Below, one piece after another: positions 8,977 through 19,198 of a DNA stretch of 64,000 bases. The notes below the pieces were generated by a model. It had not been told where the DNA came from. It saw nothing but the letters and a program-made list of their open reading frames with translations, and did not search any database. The stretch covers positions 1,492 to 65,491 of the forward strand of contig PLDK01000003.1 in the NCBI GenBank assembly GCA_003135135.1, in the 5' to 3' direction. The position numbers and the translations under genes are program-made. This DNA is from Deltaproteobacteria bacterium. GTDB taxonomy: Bacteria; Desulfobacterota; Binatia; Binatales; Binataceae. Numbering within the stretch: the first letter of the stretch is position 1; each line of letters begins with the position of its first letter.

Positions 8977-10355
8977 CGCGCGGCCATTTTGATCACGTTC
9001 GATTCGGCCTTGTATCCGGCCGTTTCGAGGCGCTGTGCGTATGCTGAACGAATGCCGGTCGATTGAAAGGCGCCGTTGATTTTTCCCGTCGCGGTGGTGT
9101 CAGCGCGGACAAACTCGAACAAATCCTGCATCATGATCATCTCGCCTTCCATGCCGCTGATCTCGGAAATCCTCATGACTTTGCGCGAGCCGTCGGAGAG
9201 CCGGCTGACGTGAACGATAATGTTGACGGCAGAGGCAATCTGCTGGCGCATCGCGCGCTGCGGAATCGAGACGCCTGACAGCAGCATCATCATCTCGAGC
9301 CGGCCCAGGCATTCGCGAGGACTGTTGGCGTGGATGGTGGCGATAGAACCGTCATGGCCGGTGGACATCGCCTGCAACATGTCGAAGACTTCTGCGCCGC
9401 GGACCTCGCCGACGACGATTCTGTCCGGGCGCATGCGCAGACAGTTCTTGACCAGGTCGCGCTGCGTGACCTCGCCGCGGCCTTCAAGATTCGACGGCCG
9501 CGTCTCGAGCCGCACGACGTGGGGCTGCTGCAAGGAAAGCTCGGCAGAATCCTCGATCGTAACGATTCGCTCGTCCTCGGGAACGAACGCGGACAGACAA
9601 TTGAGCATCGTGGTTTTGCCCGAGCCGGTACCGCCGCAAACGATTACGTTGAGGCGCGCTCGAACAACCGCGAGCAGAAACTCGACCAGGTCCCAGGTGA
9701 GAGCGTCTTTTTCGACCAGCGCGCCGATGTCGAAGCGATGCTTGCCGAAACGCCGGATCGATAGCGCCGGCCCGTCGAGCGCCAGCGGCGGGATGATCGC
9801 GTTGATACGCGAGCCGTCAGGCAACCGCGCATCAACCATCGGCGACGATTCGTCGACGCGCCGTCCGACGCGAGACACGATCCGATCGATGATCAGCATC
9901 AGATGCTGGTCGTCCTGGAAGACGACGTCGGTGGCGTGCAGCTTGCCGCGCTTTTCGACGTAAACCTGGTCGTGGCCGTTGACGAGAATGTCGGTGATTT
10001 CGTCGTCACGGAGCAAGGGCTCGAGGGGACCCAGGCCGAGCAACTCGTTCTTAAGTTCCTCGATGAGCCGGCCGCGGTCGATGTCGGTCAGGAGGCGGCC
10101 ATCTTCATTAAGAATGTCATTGATAGCGTCGGTGACCTTGACGGAGACCATCGCGGGCTCGAGGGTCTCGAGCTTGGACACGTCGATAGTCTCGAACAAT
10201 TTGTTGTGAACTTTGACCTTCAAGCGGCGCGAGCTATCCGCGATCGCATCCTTGCGCCGGCGCACGGTCGCGCCGATAAGCGAGCCGCCGCCGGTAGTGG
10301 CCTCTGGCGGTCGTCCGCCCCTGGTGGCATTCGACAGCCTGTCTGTCAGTCCCAT
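8973..10355 (-). CDS. cpaF: Tad pilus assembly ATPase CpaF/TadA
   Basis: [33 protein letters not shown] and [14 protein letters not shown] motifs; start chosen at MGLTD after a GAGGT RBS. Confidence 0.93.
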   Translation of the reverse strand: MGLTDRLSNATRGGRPPEATTGGGSLIGATVRRRKDAIADSSRRLKVKVHNKLFETIDVSKLETLEPAMVSVKVTDAINDILNEDGRLLTDIDRGRLIEELKNELLGLGPLEPLLRDDEITDILVNGHDQVYVEKRGKLHATDVVFQDDQHLMLIIDRIVSRVGRRVDESSPMVDARLPDGSRINAIIPPLALDGPALSIRRFGKHRFDIGALVEKDALTWDLVEFLLAVVRARLNVIVCGGTGSGKTTMLNCLSAFVPEDERIVTIEDSAELSLQQPHVVRLETRPSNLEGRGEVTQRDLVKNCLRMRPDRIVVGEVRGAEVFDMLQAMSTGHDGSIATIHANSPRECLGRLEMMMLLSGVSIPQRAMRQQIASAVNIIVHVSRLSDGSRKVMRISEISGMEGEMIMMQDLFEFVRADTTATGKINGAFQSTGIRSAYAQRLETAGYKAESNVIKMAAR

Positions 10356-10374
10356 CTTGCATACCTCATCGACT

Positions 10375-11553
10375 TCAATGCGTGACGAAGGCGGATTTGA
10401 GCCGCGACATAAATGATTCCTGAAGTGGGGCCAGTTCCGCACGCGGCATTACCAGCGCCGCGAGATCGAGCATCGCGCGCGCGACCGGAGACGACGGCGC
10501 GAGCTGGAACAGGTCCTGCGCCTTCATCTCGATAGATTCGAAGGTACGATCGTCGGTTGGAATCTTGGCGTAGATGGGCCTGGCGAGCGTTGCTTCGATC
10601 GCCTTCTCGGTCAACGGATGCGACGGATTATAGCGATTGAGAATGAAGCGCGGCTCGAGCGTAGTCAGGTCCAGGCGCTCGAACAGATCGATGAATCGCC
10701 ATGCGGATCGCGCCGCCGCGATCGTCTGATTGAGCACATAAAACAGATGCTCCGAGCGCTCCCATGCCGCGACCCCGTTTTCGTCCACGTGGTCGCCGCA
10801 ATCGACGATCACGTAGTCGAACAACTGACGAATCAGATCGAGCACCGTGCCGACCGTGATGTCCGAAACTAGTTCGCCTTCTTCGATTCGCTTGGGCGCG
10901 GCCAGCAAATAGACCCCCGATTGATGCTTGGTCAAGGCGGTTTCGAGCTGGATCGAATCGAGCTTATGGTCCAGCCGCACCAGCGGCATGATGGTCACTT
11001 CCGGATCGAGGTTGAGAAAGACCGCCAGGCCTCCGGTCTGAAGATCGAGATCGACCAGCGCTACGCGTTGATGCAACAACGCGAGCGCCAACGCGAGGTT
11101 GCCGGCCAGCGAAGTCACACCGACGCCGCCTATCAGGCTGGTGACGGAAATGACCACCCCGCCCTCGCGGCGCTCGGTGCGCCAGCGCGCTTCGCTTATT
11201 TTCAGCAAGGCGCAGGTAGCCTCTCCCGGGTCGAGCGGCATGAAGAGAATCTCGTCGGCGCCCGCGCGCAGCGCTCGCTTCATCAGGCCGGCCGAGCGCG
11301 CGGTAAGGACGGCGAGCAGGCTTGGGCGCGGCGAATGGAGCGCCTGGCTCTGTAGAAAGCGCAGGGCAGCCTCCTCGTTGCCGTTGACAATCACCAAGGT
11401 TGCGGCGGGCGGCGCGGCGACATTTTCGGAAAGATTCGCGGCGGTGGCAGTCTCGCCCTCGATGATCTCGAGTTCAGGCTCAACCAGCGCCGCCAGCACC
11501 GACTTGAGCTGGGTGCGCTGCTCGCCGGGCTCGCCGACCAGCATGACCTTCAT
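10375..11553 (-). CDS. cpaE: Tad pilus localization protein CpaE/TadZ (receiver-like plus MinD-like ATPase)
   Basis: ALRAGADE receiver remnant; deviant Walker [14 protein letters not shown]; LVDLDLQTG motif. Confidence 0.85.
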   Translation of the reverse strand: MKVMLVGEPGEQRTQLKSVLAALVEPELEIIEGETATAANLSENVAAPPAATLVIVNGNEEAALRFLQSQALHSPRPSLLAVLTARSAGLMKRALRAGADEILFMPLDPGEATCALLKISEARWRTERREGGVVISVTSLIGGVGVTSLAGNLALALALLHQRVALVDLDLQTGGLAVFLNLDPEVTIMPLVRLDHKLDSIQLETALTKHQSGVYLLAAPKRIEEGELVSDITVGTVLDLIRQLFDYVIVDCGDHVDENGVAAWERSEHLFYVLNQTIAAARSAWRFIDLFERLDLTTLEPRFILNRYNPSHPLTEKAIEATLARPIYAKIPTDDRTFESIEMKAQDLFQLAPSSPVARAMLDLAALVMPRAELAPLQESFMSRLKSAFVTH

Positions 11554-11677
11554 CGTGCTGCGACGACCCTCACTCTTTGATCCGTTTAATGGCACTCGAT
11601 GTTTTTCCTAAGTATGCGGGGTCTGGCAGCGGGGAATGTTCGTGCGTAGGTTCCTGCGCATCCTCATGGCTTTCCCC

Positions 11678-12694
11678 TTATTGCCACCTGCGATCACTGG
11701 CAAAGCCCGCGGACGAGGCAGGCTTTGCGGCCGAGACCGGAGATTCCGGTGCGCCGGTCAATCCCGGAGCCGCGGGTAACTGCGGCGGCGAAATGGCAGG
11801 CGCATCCTGCTGCGCTTGAACGGAAGAACGCGCTCCCGCGGAGGAATTAGCAAAGGTAATCTCCTCGGACGATTTGCCATTGCGCATCACTTCCACTTCG
11901 ATAGGAAGCTGCGTAGGTCCATGCGCTGGGCGCGCGGCGAGCGCCGGCGCCATCTGCGGTTGCATCACGGGCAACGTCGATGGGCCCCGATGCAAAAGGT
12001 CATCGACTGCGATTCCCCTGGTCGCGACAATCTTGCTGTCGCTGTAGTTGCGCATCGCCAAACGCAGCATTCCCTCGTGACTGGCCAGGGTAAGTTTTTC
12101 GGCGTCGTCCGGAGTCACCAGCAACGTCACGACCTTTACTACTTGCGGCTCGTCCTTGACGTGTTCGATTTCCTGGGCGACCGCCAGAACCTCGATATTC
12201 TGGAGAACGATCCGCGAGAAAGACGGCTCGCCCGGGCCAGTGCCCGAGACCGCGACCAGGATGTCCACGCGCATGTGTGGCTGCACAAAGCCTGCGATGT
12301 CCGCGACTTCGTCCACCGGCACCGACATCGCACGCATTCCGGCTGGAATCAGCAGCGGCATCACGCCGGAGCTCTCTGCGCCCATGAACAGCTTGCTCGC
12401 GACAACCGGCTCATTGGCGAGGAACTGACTCTTTGCGAACGAGCCCGCGACCGCCTGCGGATCCGTGAACGCGCCCTGCGGAACGCCGTCGCGTGCCCAG
12501 CGAACCAGTTTGACCTCGTCGGGCTCGAGTTTCGCGCCAAGCGGGATATCCTTTGCCGCGACTACGACCTCGACCGTGTGCGCCATCGCGCGCTGCACTT
12601 CGGACTCACGGGTTCTGATCGCGGAAAAGACCACAATCGCGGCCAGCACCGCGCCCATTCCTGCAAGGATTATGAAAACTATAGGTCGTCTCAT
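11678..12694 (-). CDS. cpaB: Flp pilus assembly protein CpaB
   Basis: SAF-like VVVAAKDIPLG; GMRAMSVPVDEV..AGFVQP.RVDI; VTLLVTP..AEKL.LA motifs. Confidence 0.9.
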   Translation of the reverse strand: MRRPIVFIILAGMGAVLAAIVVFSAIRTRESEVQRAMAHTVEVVVAAKDIPLGAKLEPDEVKLVRWARDGVPQGAFTDPQAVAGSFAKSQFLANEPVVASKLFMGAESSGVMPLLIPAGMRAMSVPVDEVADIAGFVQPHMRVDILVAVSGTGPGEPSFSRIVLQNIEVLAVAQEIEHVKDEPQVVKVVTLLVTPDDAEKLTLASHEGMLRLAMRNYSDSKIVATRGIAVDDLLHRGPSTLPVMQPQMAPALAARPAHGPTQLPIEVEVMRNGKSSEEITFANSSAGARSSVQAQQDAPAISPPQLPAAPGLTGAPESPVSAAKPASSAGFASDRRWQ

Positions 12695-12849
12695 CTATGC
12701 CCCCGTTCTTGCGCGACCCGCCGATGCGGACCGCCCGCACAAGCACAATTCGATCGCTCACGCTCCCATTGCGAGCTGCGCCGAACCGGGCGAAGCCGGA
12801 GCTGCCTGAAGTCACTGTTTCTCTCGCATCGACGCGTCACTTCGTCTGC

Positions 12850-12897
12850 AAAAAAAGCGCTGAGTTTGCGCGGCGGGGCGCTCGGGGTCCCCGCCGC
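12850..12897 (-). terminator. hairpin/terminator between flp and cpaB
   Basis: GCGGCGGGG...CCCCGCCGC stem plus a small GCGC hairpin followed by a T-run on the minus strand. Confidence 0.5.
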
Positions 12898-12946
12898 CGG
12901 TGTCCCGCGCGCCTGGTTTCGACCGTGCGGGCTTTGGGGGCTGTTC

Positions 12947-13126
12947 TTACGCAGCCTTCAGCGTCGTGGTCACGTTAGTGATGATCGTGTTGATTCCCCC
13001 TTCGAGGCCTTCATACGCGATGTAGCCAGCTACCGCGATCGCCGCGATAATCAGCACGTACTCAGTCATCGTCTGTCCGGTTTTGCTCTCGCGGACCCTG
13101 ACGATGAGTTTGTTGATGTAGTTCAT
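12947..13126 (-). CDS. flp: Flp/Fap type IVb pilin (59 aa)
   Basis: Missed by the ORF track. Hand translation: MNYINKLIVRVRESKTGQTMTEYVLIIAAIAVAGYIAYEGLEGGINTIITNVTTTLKAA, with the G|QTMTEY Flp motif and a GGAGG RBS. Confidence 0.93.
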   Translation of the reverse strand: MNYINKLIVRVRESKTGQTMTEYVLIIAAIAVAGYIAYEGLEGGINTIITNVTTTLKAA

Positions 13127-13202
13127 TATTGATGTCCTCCTTTGCGCGTTGCGTCAGCGCAATCGATTTGTTTCATGCTCAGCACCTTGTACGAGGTTCA
13201 GG

Positions 13203-13218
13203 TGCACCACTCATGCCA
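13203..13218 (-). promoter_or_regulatory. sigma54 (-24/-12) promoter of flp
   Basis: Minus strand reads TGGCATGAGTGGTGCA = GG-N10-GC, about 77 bp upstream of the flp ATG. Confidence 0.6.
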
Positions 13219-13287
13219 GCGGTAGTTCCGAGAGAGAGTTGACGTAGCCGCCCAAAGAAGACTGCGGGGGCGAATCTGAGACCGCCG

Positions 13288-13332
13288 GTGTCGCACCGCG
13301 ACACATCAGATGATTCGGTCGCCGACGCGACA
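13288..13332. promoter_or_regulatory. candidate enhancer (UAS) palindromes
   Basis: GTGTCGC-ACC-GCGACAC and GTCGC-CGAC-GCGAC, 70-115 bp upstream of the -24 box. Confidence 0.45.
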
Positions 13333-13391
13333 GTCCATTGCCTCTTCTTGACGGGTAGGCAATCGGCTGCCGCCTTTGCCATAATCAACTC

Positions 13392-14330
13392 ATGCCTCGC
13401 TACTCCCGCACTTCTATCCTGCGCTCCGCCTTCCCGCGGATTGCCGGCCAAGCGGCCGTCGCGATCGCGCTGGTAGCCGTGGTCTCAGGGTGCGCCCCGT
13501 CGGCGCTCACCGTGGCGCGTAGCCAAATAGCGGCCGGCAATTATCCGGCAGCGCGTCAAGAACTGGCCGCTCTCTCAGCTCACGGCAGCGATTTGAGTGC
13601 GAGCCAGCGGCGCGAGGTGAAGGACGACGTCTGTCTCTGTGACTTCATGATCGGCCGCCCCGCGTTCACACTGGCCGAGCAGCGCGGCGTCTGCGCCGAC
13701 GCGGCCAAAGAACCGGGCAGCCAGAGCAGTTCGATCATCGCGCGAATCGACGAGGCGGCGCGGCGCAAAGACGCCGACGAAGTCGAAGCGGCGCTGTCCG
13801 ACCACGATCTGGCAGACGCCGAGCGCGCTGCAACCGACTATCAGACTTTGCCGGCCGCCGATGCCGCAACAGTTGCGCGATGGTCGAAGCAGATCTGGAC
13901 GTTGGCGGACGCGCAGGTGTTCGCCGATTCCACCGCGAAGAAAGGCTCGCTCGACGCCGCTATCTCCGAGGTACGCAAGAACTATCGCGACGTCGAGAAC
14001 ATGGATAAGGGCCAATTCACCCGATGGGTCGTCAAGACTGCGACCGTCTCCGGCACCCCTGTCGCCGCCAGCGTCGAGATGAAGGACTCAACCCTGAAAC
14101 TTTCCGTCGACGATGCGAACTTGCAACTCGCCGCGCTCAGTCTCGACAAACTCGCTGCGATAAACGACGCGATGGCGGCGCGATGCGGTTGCGACGCGCG
14201 CACCAACGTCGCCGTCACTGAAACCGGCTTCCCTGCCTACTTCATCAGGCTGGATCCCGAGACCCGAATGTCCGAAGTAATGATCCTGCCGCGCCGCGAT
14301 CGCGCAATCGTATCCGCCACCTCGAACTAG
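13392..14330 (+). CDS. hypothetical lipoprotein
   Basis: Hydrophobic leader ending VVSG-C (lipobox-like). Confidence 0.65.
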   Translation: MPRYSRTSILRSAFPRIAGQAAVAIALVAVVSGCAPSALTVARSQIAAGNYPAARQELAALSAHGSDLSASQRREVKDDVCLCDFMIGRPAFTLAEQRGVCADAAKEPGSQSSSIIARIDEAARRKDADEVEAALSDHDLADAERAATDYQTLPAADAATVARWSKQIWTLADAQVFADSTAKKGSLDAAISEVRKNYRDVENMDKGQFTRWVVKTATVSGTPVAASVEMKDSTLKLSVDDANLQLAALSLDKLAAINDAMAARCGCDARTNVAVTETGFPAYFIRLDPETRMSEVMILPRRDRAIVSATSN

Positions 14331-14359
14331 GCCTCCGCTGCGTCAAGTAAGGAGGCATC

Positions 14360-16003
14360 ATGCCGGCATCAACGAAAACCAATCCTCTGACCGAGCGCCC
14401 TGCGTGGAAAGCATTGCAGGCGCATTACAAGCAGATCCACGACCGTCACCTGAGAACTCTGTTCGCCGAAGATCCCAAACGCGGTGAACGGCTCGTCGTC
14501 GAGGCCGCCGGCCTGTACTTCGACTATTCCAAGCATCGCGTGACCGACGAGACTGTTCGCTTGCTGCTCGCATTGGCCGACGAGGTGGGGCTGCGCGGGC
14601 GCATCGACGCCATGTTCCGCGGCGACAAAATTAACCTGAGCGAAAAGCGCGCCGTCCTGCACGTCGCGCTGCGGGCGCCGCGCGGCGAGTCAATCGGCGT
14701 CGATGGCGACGACGTGGTGCCCAAGGTCCACGCGGTACTCGATCGCATGGCGGATTTTTCGGCGCGCATCCGCGACGGCTCGTGGAAAGGTCACACCGGC
14801 AAGCCCGTCCGCAACATCATTAATATAGGCATCGGCGGTTCCGACCTCGGCCCGGTCATGGCGTATGAGGCGATGCGCCATTACAGCGACCGTAACCTGA
14901 CCGTGCGCTTCGTCTCCAACGTCGATGGAACCGATTTTGCCGAAGCGACGCGCGACCTCGACCCGGCCGAGACACTGTTCATCATTTCGTCGAAGACTTT
15001 CACCACGCTCGAGACGATGACCAACGCGCACACCGCGCGGAGCTGGAGTCTGGCCGCGCTTGGCGACGACAAGGCGGTGGCGAAGCATTTCGTCGCGGTC
15101 TCGACCAACGCCGCCGAAGTGGCGAAGTTCGGCATCGACACGAAAAATATGTTCGGCTTCTGGGATTGGGTCGGCGGCCGCTACTCGATGGACTCCGCGA
15201 TCGGCCTGTCCACGATGGTGGCCGTCGGCGCCGACAATTTCCGCGCGATGCTGTCGGGCTTTCACTCGATCGACGAGCATTTTCGCACCGCGCCGTTCGC
15301 CCGCAACCTGCCGGTTCTGATGGGCCTGCTCGGAGTCTGGTACAACGATTTCTTCGGCGCGCAAACCGTCGCGGTGCTGCCGTACGAGCAATACTTGAAG
15401 CGCTTTCCCGCCTATCTGCAGCAGCTGACGATGGAATCGAACGGCAAGCACGTCACGCTCGAAGGCGCGCCGGTCGATTATCAGACGGGACCGATTTACT
15501 GGGGCGAGCCCGGCACCAACGGCCAGCATTCGTTCTACCAGCTCATCCACCAGGGGACGAAACTGATCCCGTGCGACTTCATCGGTTTCTGCCGGCCGCT
15601 GAATCCGCTCGGACGCCATCACGATCTGCTGCTCTCGAACGTATTCGCGCAGGCCGAGGCGCTCGCATTCGGGAAAACGCCCGAGCAGGTCAAGGCCGAA
15701 GGCACGCCGGATTGGCTGGTGCCGCATCGCGTGTTCGAGGGCAATCGTCCCTCGACCGTGATTCTCGCCGACCAACTGACTCCCCAAACGCTCGGCAAGC
15801 TGGTAGCGCTGTACGAGCATAGCGTCTTCACCCAGGGCGCAATCTGGAACATAGACTCATTCGATCAATGGGGGGTTGAACTGGGCAAAGTTCTGGCGCA
15901 AAAAATCATCCCGGAGCTGGAATCCGCCGCGGAGCCGCCGCTCGCCCACGACAGCTCGACCAACGCGTTGATTCGCCGCTACCGCGCGCGGCGCAGGAGC
16001 TAA
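14360..16003 (+). CDS. pgi: glucose-6-phosphate isomerase
   Basis: [29 protein letters not shown] and [10 protein letters not shown] motifs; AAGGAGG RBS. Confidence 0.97.
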   Translation: MPASTKTNPLTERPAWKALQAHYKQIHDRHLRTLFAEDPKRGERLVVEAAGLYFDYSKHRVTDETVRLLLALADEVGLRGRIDAMFRGDKINLSEKRAVLHVALRAPRGESIGVDGDDVVPKVHAVLDRMADFSARIRDGSWKGHTGKPVRNIINIGIGGSDLGPVMAYEAMRHYSDRNLTVRFVSNVDGTDFAEATRDLDPAETLFIISSKTFTTLETMTNAHTARSWSLAALGDDKAVAKHFVAVSTNAAEVAKFGIDTKNMFGFWDWVGGRYSMDSAIGLSTMVAVGADNFRAMLSGFHSIDEHFRTAPFARNLPVLMGLLGVWYNDFFGAQTVAVLPYEQYLKRFPAYLQQLTMESNGKHVTLEGAPVDYQTGPIYWGEPGTNGQHSFYQLIHQGTKLIPCDFIGFCRPLNPLGRHHDLLLSNVFAQAEALAFGKTPEQVKAEGTPDWLVPHRVFEGNRPSTVILADQLTPQTLGKLVALYEHSVFTQGAIWNIDSFDQWGVELGKVLAQKIIPELESAAEPPLAHDSSTNALIRRYRARRRS

Positions 16004-16082
16004 TGACGACGGCGTCCGCCGCGATTGCCGCGGCTCGGCGCTAGTTGCCCGGGGTCGTGAGGGGAACATCGGGGTACAACCA

Positions 16083-16514
16083 ATGAATATCAATATCCCG
16101 CCCGTCGACGAAAAACCTTCTGACAGCGATGTCCATTTTCTCGAAGATCGTATCACTGAGTACAACCTCGAGCGGACTCGTATCAAAGACGGCAAAATCC
16201 TCTCTTACCTGGTGCGCGAGGAAGACGGAACGATCATTGCCGGCCTCTATGGTTGGACCTGGGGTGGATGCTGCGAAATTCGCTATCTTTGGGTACGGTG
16301 GGACTATCGCAATCGCGGATATGGCAAAGGTCTGATGGCGGCGGCGCAGACCGAGGCGATTGCGCGCGGATGCCGCCAGATGATCCTGGACACTCACAGC
16401 TTCCAGGCGCCGCGCTTTTACCAGGGTCTCGGGTTTGAGATCATCGCCACTCACGGCGACTATCCGCGTGGCCATCAGAAGCACTACCTGAGAAAAGCTC
16501 TTTTGGAATCTTAA
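16083..16514 (+). CDS. GNAT family N-acetyltransferase
   Basis: LWV...YRNRGYG and LDTHSFQAPRFYQGLGF motifs. Confidence 0.85.
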   Translation: MNINIPPVDEKPSDSDVHFLEDRITEYNLERTRIKDGKILSYLVREEDGTIIAGLYGWTWGGCCEIRYLWVRWDYRNRGYGKGLMAAAQTEAIARGCRQMILDTHSFQAPRFYQGLGFEIIATHGDYPRGHQKHYLRKALLES

Positions 16515-16705
16515 TCACCTCGATTCAGCGAGGTCGGCGACAGGAAATCCGGAGCGGGCGGCCAGCGACCGGTCGTCAAAGGCGTCGGGGTTCAAGTCCG
16601 CCCTCACGCATGGCATCCACCGGCGCGCCTGACGTATGATCACCGCGCAGCTGGCGGTCGTTGCGATCGATGCACCGGCCGCAGCCGCATTTTGGAGGAA
16701 GCTAG

Positions 16706-17104
16706 ATGACACAGCTGGTCGAGGTCCTGATGACACGGAAAGTAGTCACAGTAAACCCGGCCGATACGCTCGCTGCCGCAGCATCCAAAATGAAGGCGGG
16801 ACCATTTCGCCGGCTGCCGGTCGTCGAGGCAGACCAGCTCGTAGGAATCGTCAGCGAATTTGACTTAGTACGCTACGCGGACGCGCTCGACTCGACGCTC
16901 GTCGAAACCGCGATGACGCGTCAGCCGATCACCGTGATGCGCTCGGACACGCTGGACCGTGCGGCCGCCCTGATGCGCGAGCACAAAATCGGCGCGCTTC
17001 CCGTTATGCACGGGGCCAAGCTCGTCGGTATCGTTGCGGCAAAAGACCTCATGATGCCCGAGCCGCGGCCGCTGCCAGAGTGGGATCCGCGCAACCGCCG
17101 GTAG
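16706..17104 (+). CDS. CBS domain pair protein
   Basis: Two CBS motifs (RRLPVVE..LVGIVS; GALPVM..LVGIV); GGAGG RBS. Confidence 0.88.
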   Translation: MTQLVEVLMTRKVVTVNPADTLAAAASKMKAGPFRRLPVVEADQLVGIVSEFDLVRYADALDSTLVETAMTRQPITVMRSDTLDRAAALMREHKIGALPVMHGAKLVGIVAAKDLMMPEPRPLPEWDPRNRR

Positions 17105-17279
17105 AGCTAGTCTCGATATCGATTGCCGCGATCGGCGTGTCATTTTCGTGCCGCCGCTGACATCCGATTGCCACCGGCCGCCTGCTTAGTTTGCCTGCAA
17201 CAAGCCCATTCATTCACACCGCCCGGCATGAATCTTGAAATGTGCGCTGCCAGGGCAGTGAACTGAGAAGGGGCAATCT

Positions 17280-18746
17280 GTGGGCGAAGACAAGCTTGGG
17301 AAACGGAACCTCACAGACCGATTACTTTGGATTGGCCTTGCCGCGGCTATCGTTGCTGCGGTGGCAATCGCCTGGTATGCCGATAAAGACGCGCACGAGT
17401 CCTACGCCTGGAACAACTGGGTAGCTCACACGCAAAGTGTTCTCGACGCCCTGGACGACGCGCAAGAGAATTCACTCGCGGCGCTCTCCTCAATTCAAAA
17501 CTACTACCAGAGCGGCGATCTGAAGAGCCTGGACAGCGTCAGCAATTCTATCTCCAAGCTCAAGCGCCAGTCCGTAGTACTCCGCTCCCTGACGCAGGAT
17601 AACGCGTCCCAGCAGAAGCGACTTGAGCAATTCGATCGGATTGAGCGGCGAATGACAGCGCTCTCTGAGAACATTATTCGTTCGGCTCCGGCCTTTAGCC
17701 AGCCACAGTCCATCAGGGCGCCGGAGGCTGCAGGGCTGAGTACCGCCGTTTATCAACTGTTTGAGCAATTGTACCAAATGTCCGCGGCGGAACGGCGGCT
17801 GCTGACAGAACGCACGGCAAGGGCCCGCGCGACGTCGCGCCAGAGCACGACTGCGTTGGAGATCGGCGGCAGTATCGTCTTCCTATGGCTGCTAATAGTC
17901 GGCGGCTACGCCTTCCTGACCACGAGGCGGCTGACTGACATTGCAAGAGCTCTCGCGGTCAGCGAGGTAGCTCGCGTCACCGAGCGCAAGCGTGTCGCGG
18001 ACGATTTGCGGGCACTGAGCGAATCCGAGCGGCGATATGCCACGCAGCTCGAGGTCGTCAACAAGGAGCTGGAGGCGTTCTCGTATTCGGTGTCGCACGA
18101 TCTTCGCGCGCCGCTGCGCAGTATAGACGGCTTCAGCTCGGCGCTGATGGAGGATTACGCCGACAAACTCGACGAGCAGGCCAACAGCCACCTAAGGCGG
18201 ATCCGGGCGGCTGCTCAGCGCATGGCTCAACTGATCGACGACCTGCTGAAGCTGGCGTTCGTAACGCGCAGCGAGATGCGCACAGAAGCGGTGGACCTGA
18301 GCGCGTTGGCCAACGTCATCCTGGCCGAGTGCCAGACCGGCGAGCCGCTGCGGCAGGTCGAATGTGTGGTTCAGGACCGGATCATGGGGCAAGGAGATCC
18401 GCATCTGCTGCGTTTAGTGCTTGAAAATCTGCTCGGCAACGCATGGAAGTTCACCGGCAAGAAGCAGCAGGCAAAGATTGAATTCGCAGTGGCGGATCAG
18501 GACGGACAGGCGGTTTATTTCGTCCGCGACAATGGGGTCGGCTTCGACATGACCTATGCCGAAAAACTATTCGGCGCATTCCAGCGGCTTCATGCCGCAG
18601 CCGATTTCCCCGGGGTCGGCGTGGGACTCGCGACGGTTCAGCGGATCATTCGACGCCACGGCGGCCGGGTTTCGGCGCAAGCAGCGGAAGGCCAGGGCGC
18701 GACGTTTTCGTTTACTCTCGAAGTCAACCATGGGGGGCAACAATGA
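17280..18746 (+). CDS. CHASE3-type membrane sensor histidine kinase
   Basis: Two TMs flanking a WVAHT...LTQDNASQQ periplasmic segment; FSYSVSHDLRAPLR H-box; NAWKF, DNGVGF and GVGLA boxes. Confidence 0.88.
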   Translation: MGEDKLGKRNLTDRLLWIGLAAAIVAAVAIAWYADKDAHESYAWNNWVAHTQSVLDALDDAQENSLAALSSIQNYYQSGDLKSLDSVSNSISKLKRQSVVLRSLTQDNASQQKRLEQFDRIERRMTALSENIIRSAPAFSQPQSIRAPEAAGLSTAVYQLFEQLYQMSAAERRLLTERTARARATSRQSTTALEIGGSIVFLWLLIVGGYAFLTTRRLTDIARALAVSEVARVTERKRVADDLRALSESERRYATQLEVVNKELEAFSYSVSHDLRAPLRSIDGFSSALMEDYADKLDEQANSHLRRIRAAAQRMAQLIDDLLKLAFVTRSEMRTEAVDLSALANVILAECQTGEPLRQVECVVQDRIMGQGDPHLLRLVLENLLGNAWKFTGKKQQAKIEFAVADQDGQAVYFVRDNGVGFDMTYAEKLFGAFQRLHAAADFPGVGVGLATVQRIIRRHGGRVSAQAAEGQGATFSFTLEVNHGGQQ

Positions 18747-19198
18747 AGGAACGGGTGATCCTGTTAGTGGAAGATAACGCTGACGACGAAGCGCTGACGC
18801 TGCGCGCACTCAAGAAGAACAATATCACCAACACGATCGTGGTCGCGCGCAACGGGGTCGAGGCGCTTGATTACCTCTTCGGCACGGGACAGTACGCGGG
18901 GCGCGACACCAGCGTCCAGCCGGAACTGATTCTGCTGGACCTGAAGTTGCCCAAAGTGGACGGCTTCGAGGTGTTAAGGAAGCTGCGCGCGGATGAGCGG
19001 ACGAAGCTGCTCGCCGTGGTTATTCTGACCTCCTCCAATGAGCAGCAGGACATCGTCAACGGCTACGGCCTGGGCGCTAACAGTTACGTTCGCAAGCCGG
19101 TTGACTTTCAGCACTTCATGGACGCCGTCCGGCAGCTCGGCCTGTATTGGCTGGTCCTGAACGAGAGGCCGTTTGCCGGTCTCAGGAACGGCCGGTGA
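18743..19198 (+). CDS. single-domain response regulator (Rcp1-like)
   Basis: ILLVEDN, LLDLKLPKVDG, GANSYVRKP and LGLYWL motifs. Confidence 0.9.
   Translation: MKERVILLVEDNADDEALTLRALKKNNITNTIVVARNGVEALDYLFGTGQYAGRDTSVQPELILLDLKLPKVDGFEVLRKLRADERTKLLAVVILTSSNEQQDIVNGYGLGANSYVRKPVDFQHFMDAVRQLGLYWLVLNERPFAGLRNGR

Noticed and set aside
16585-16612. tRNA fragment or att site (GGGGTTCAAGTCC)
   Set aside because: No acceptor or anticodon stems or CCA; probably chance.
17224-17239. sigma54 promoter before the CHASE3 kinase (CGGCATGAATCTTGAA)
   Set aside because: The -12 position is GA rather than GC and no enhancer is evident; too weak.
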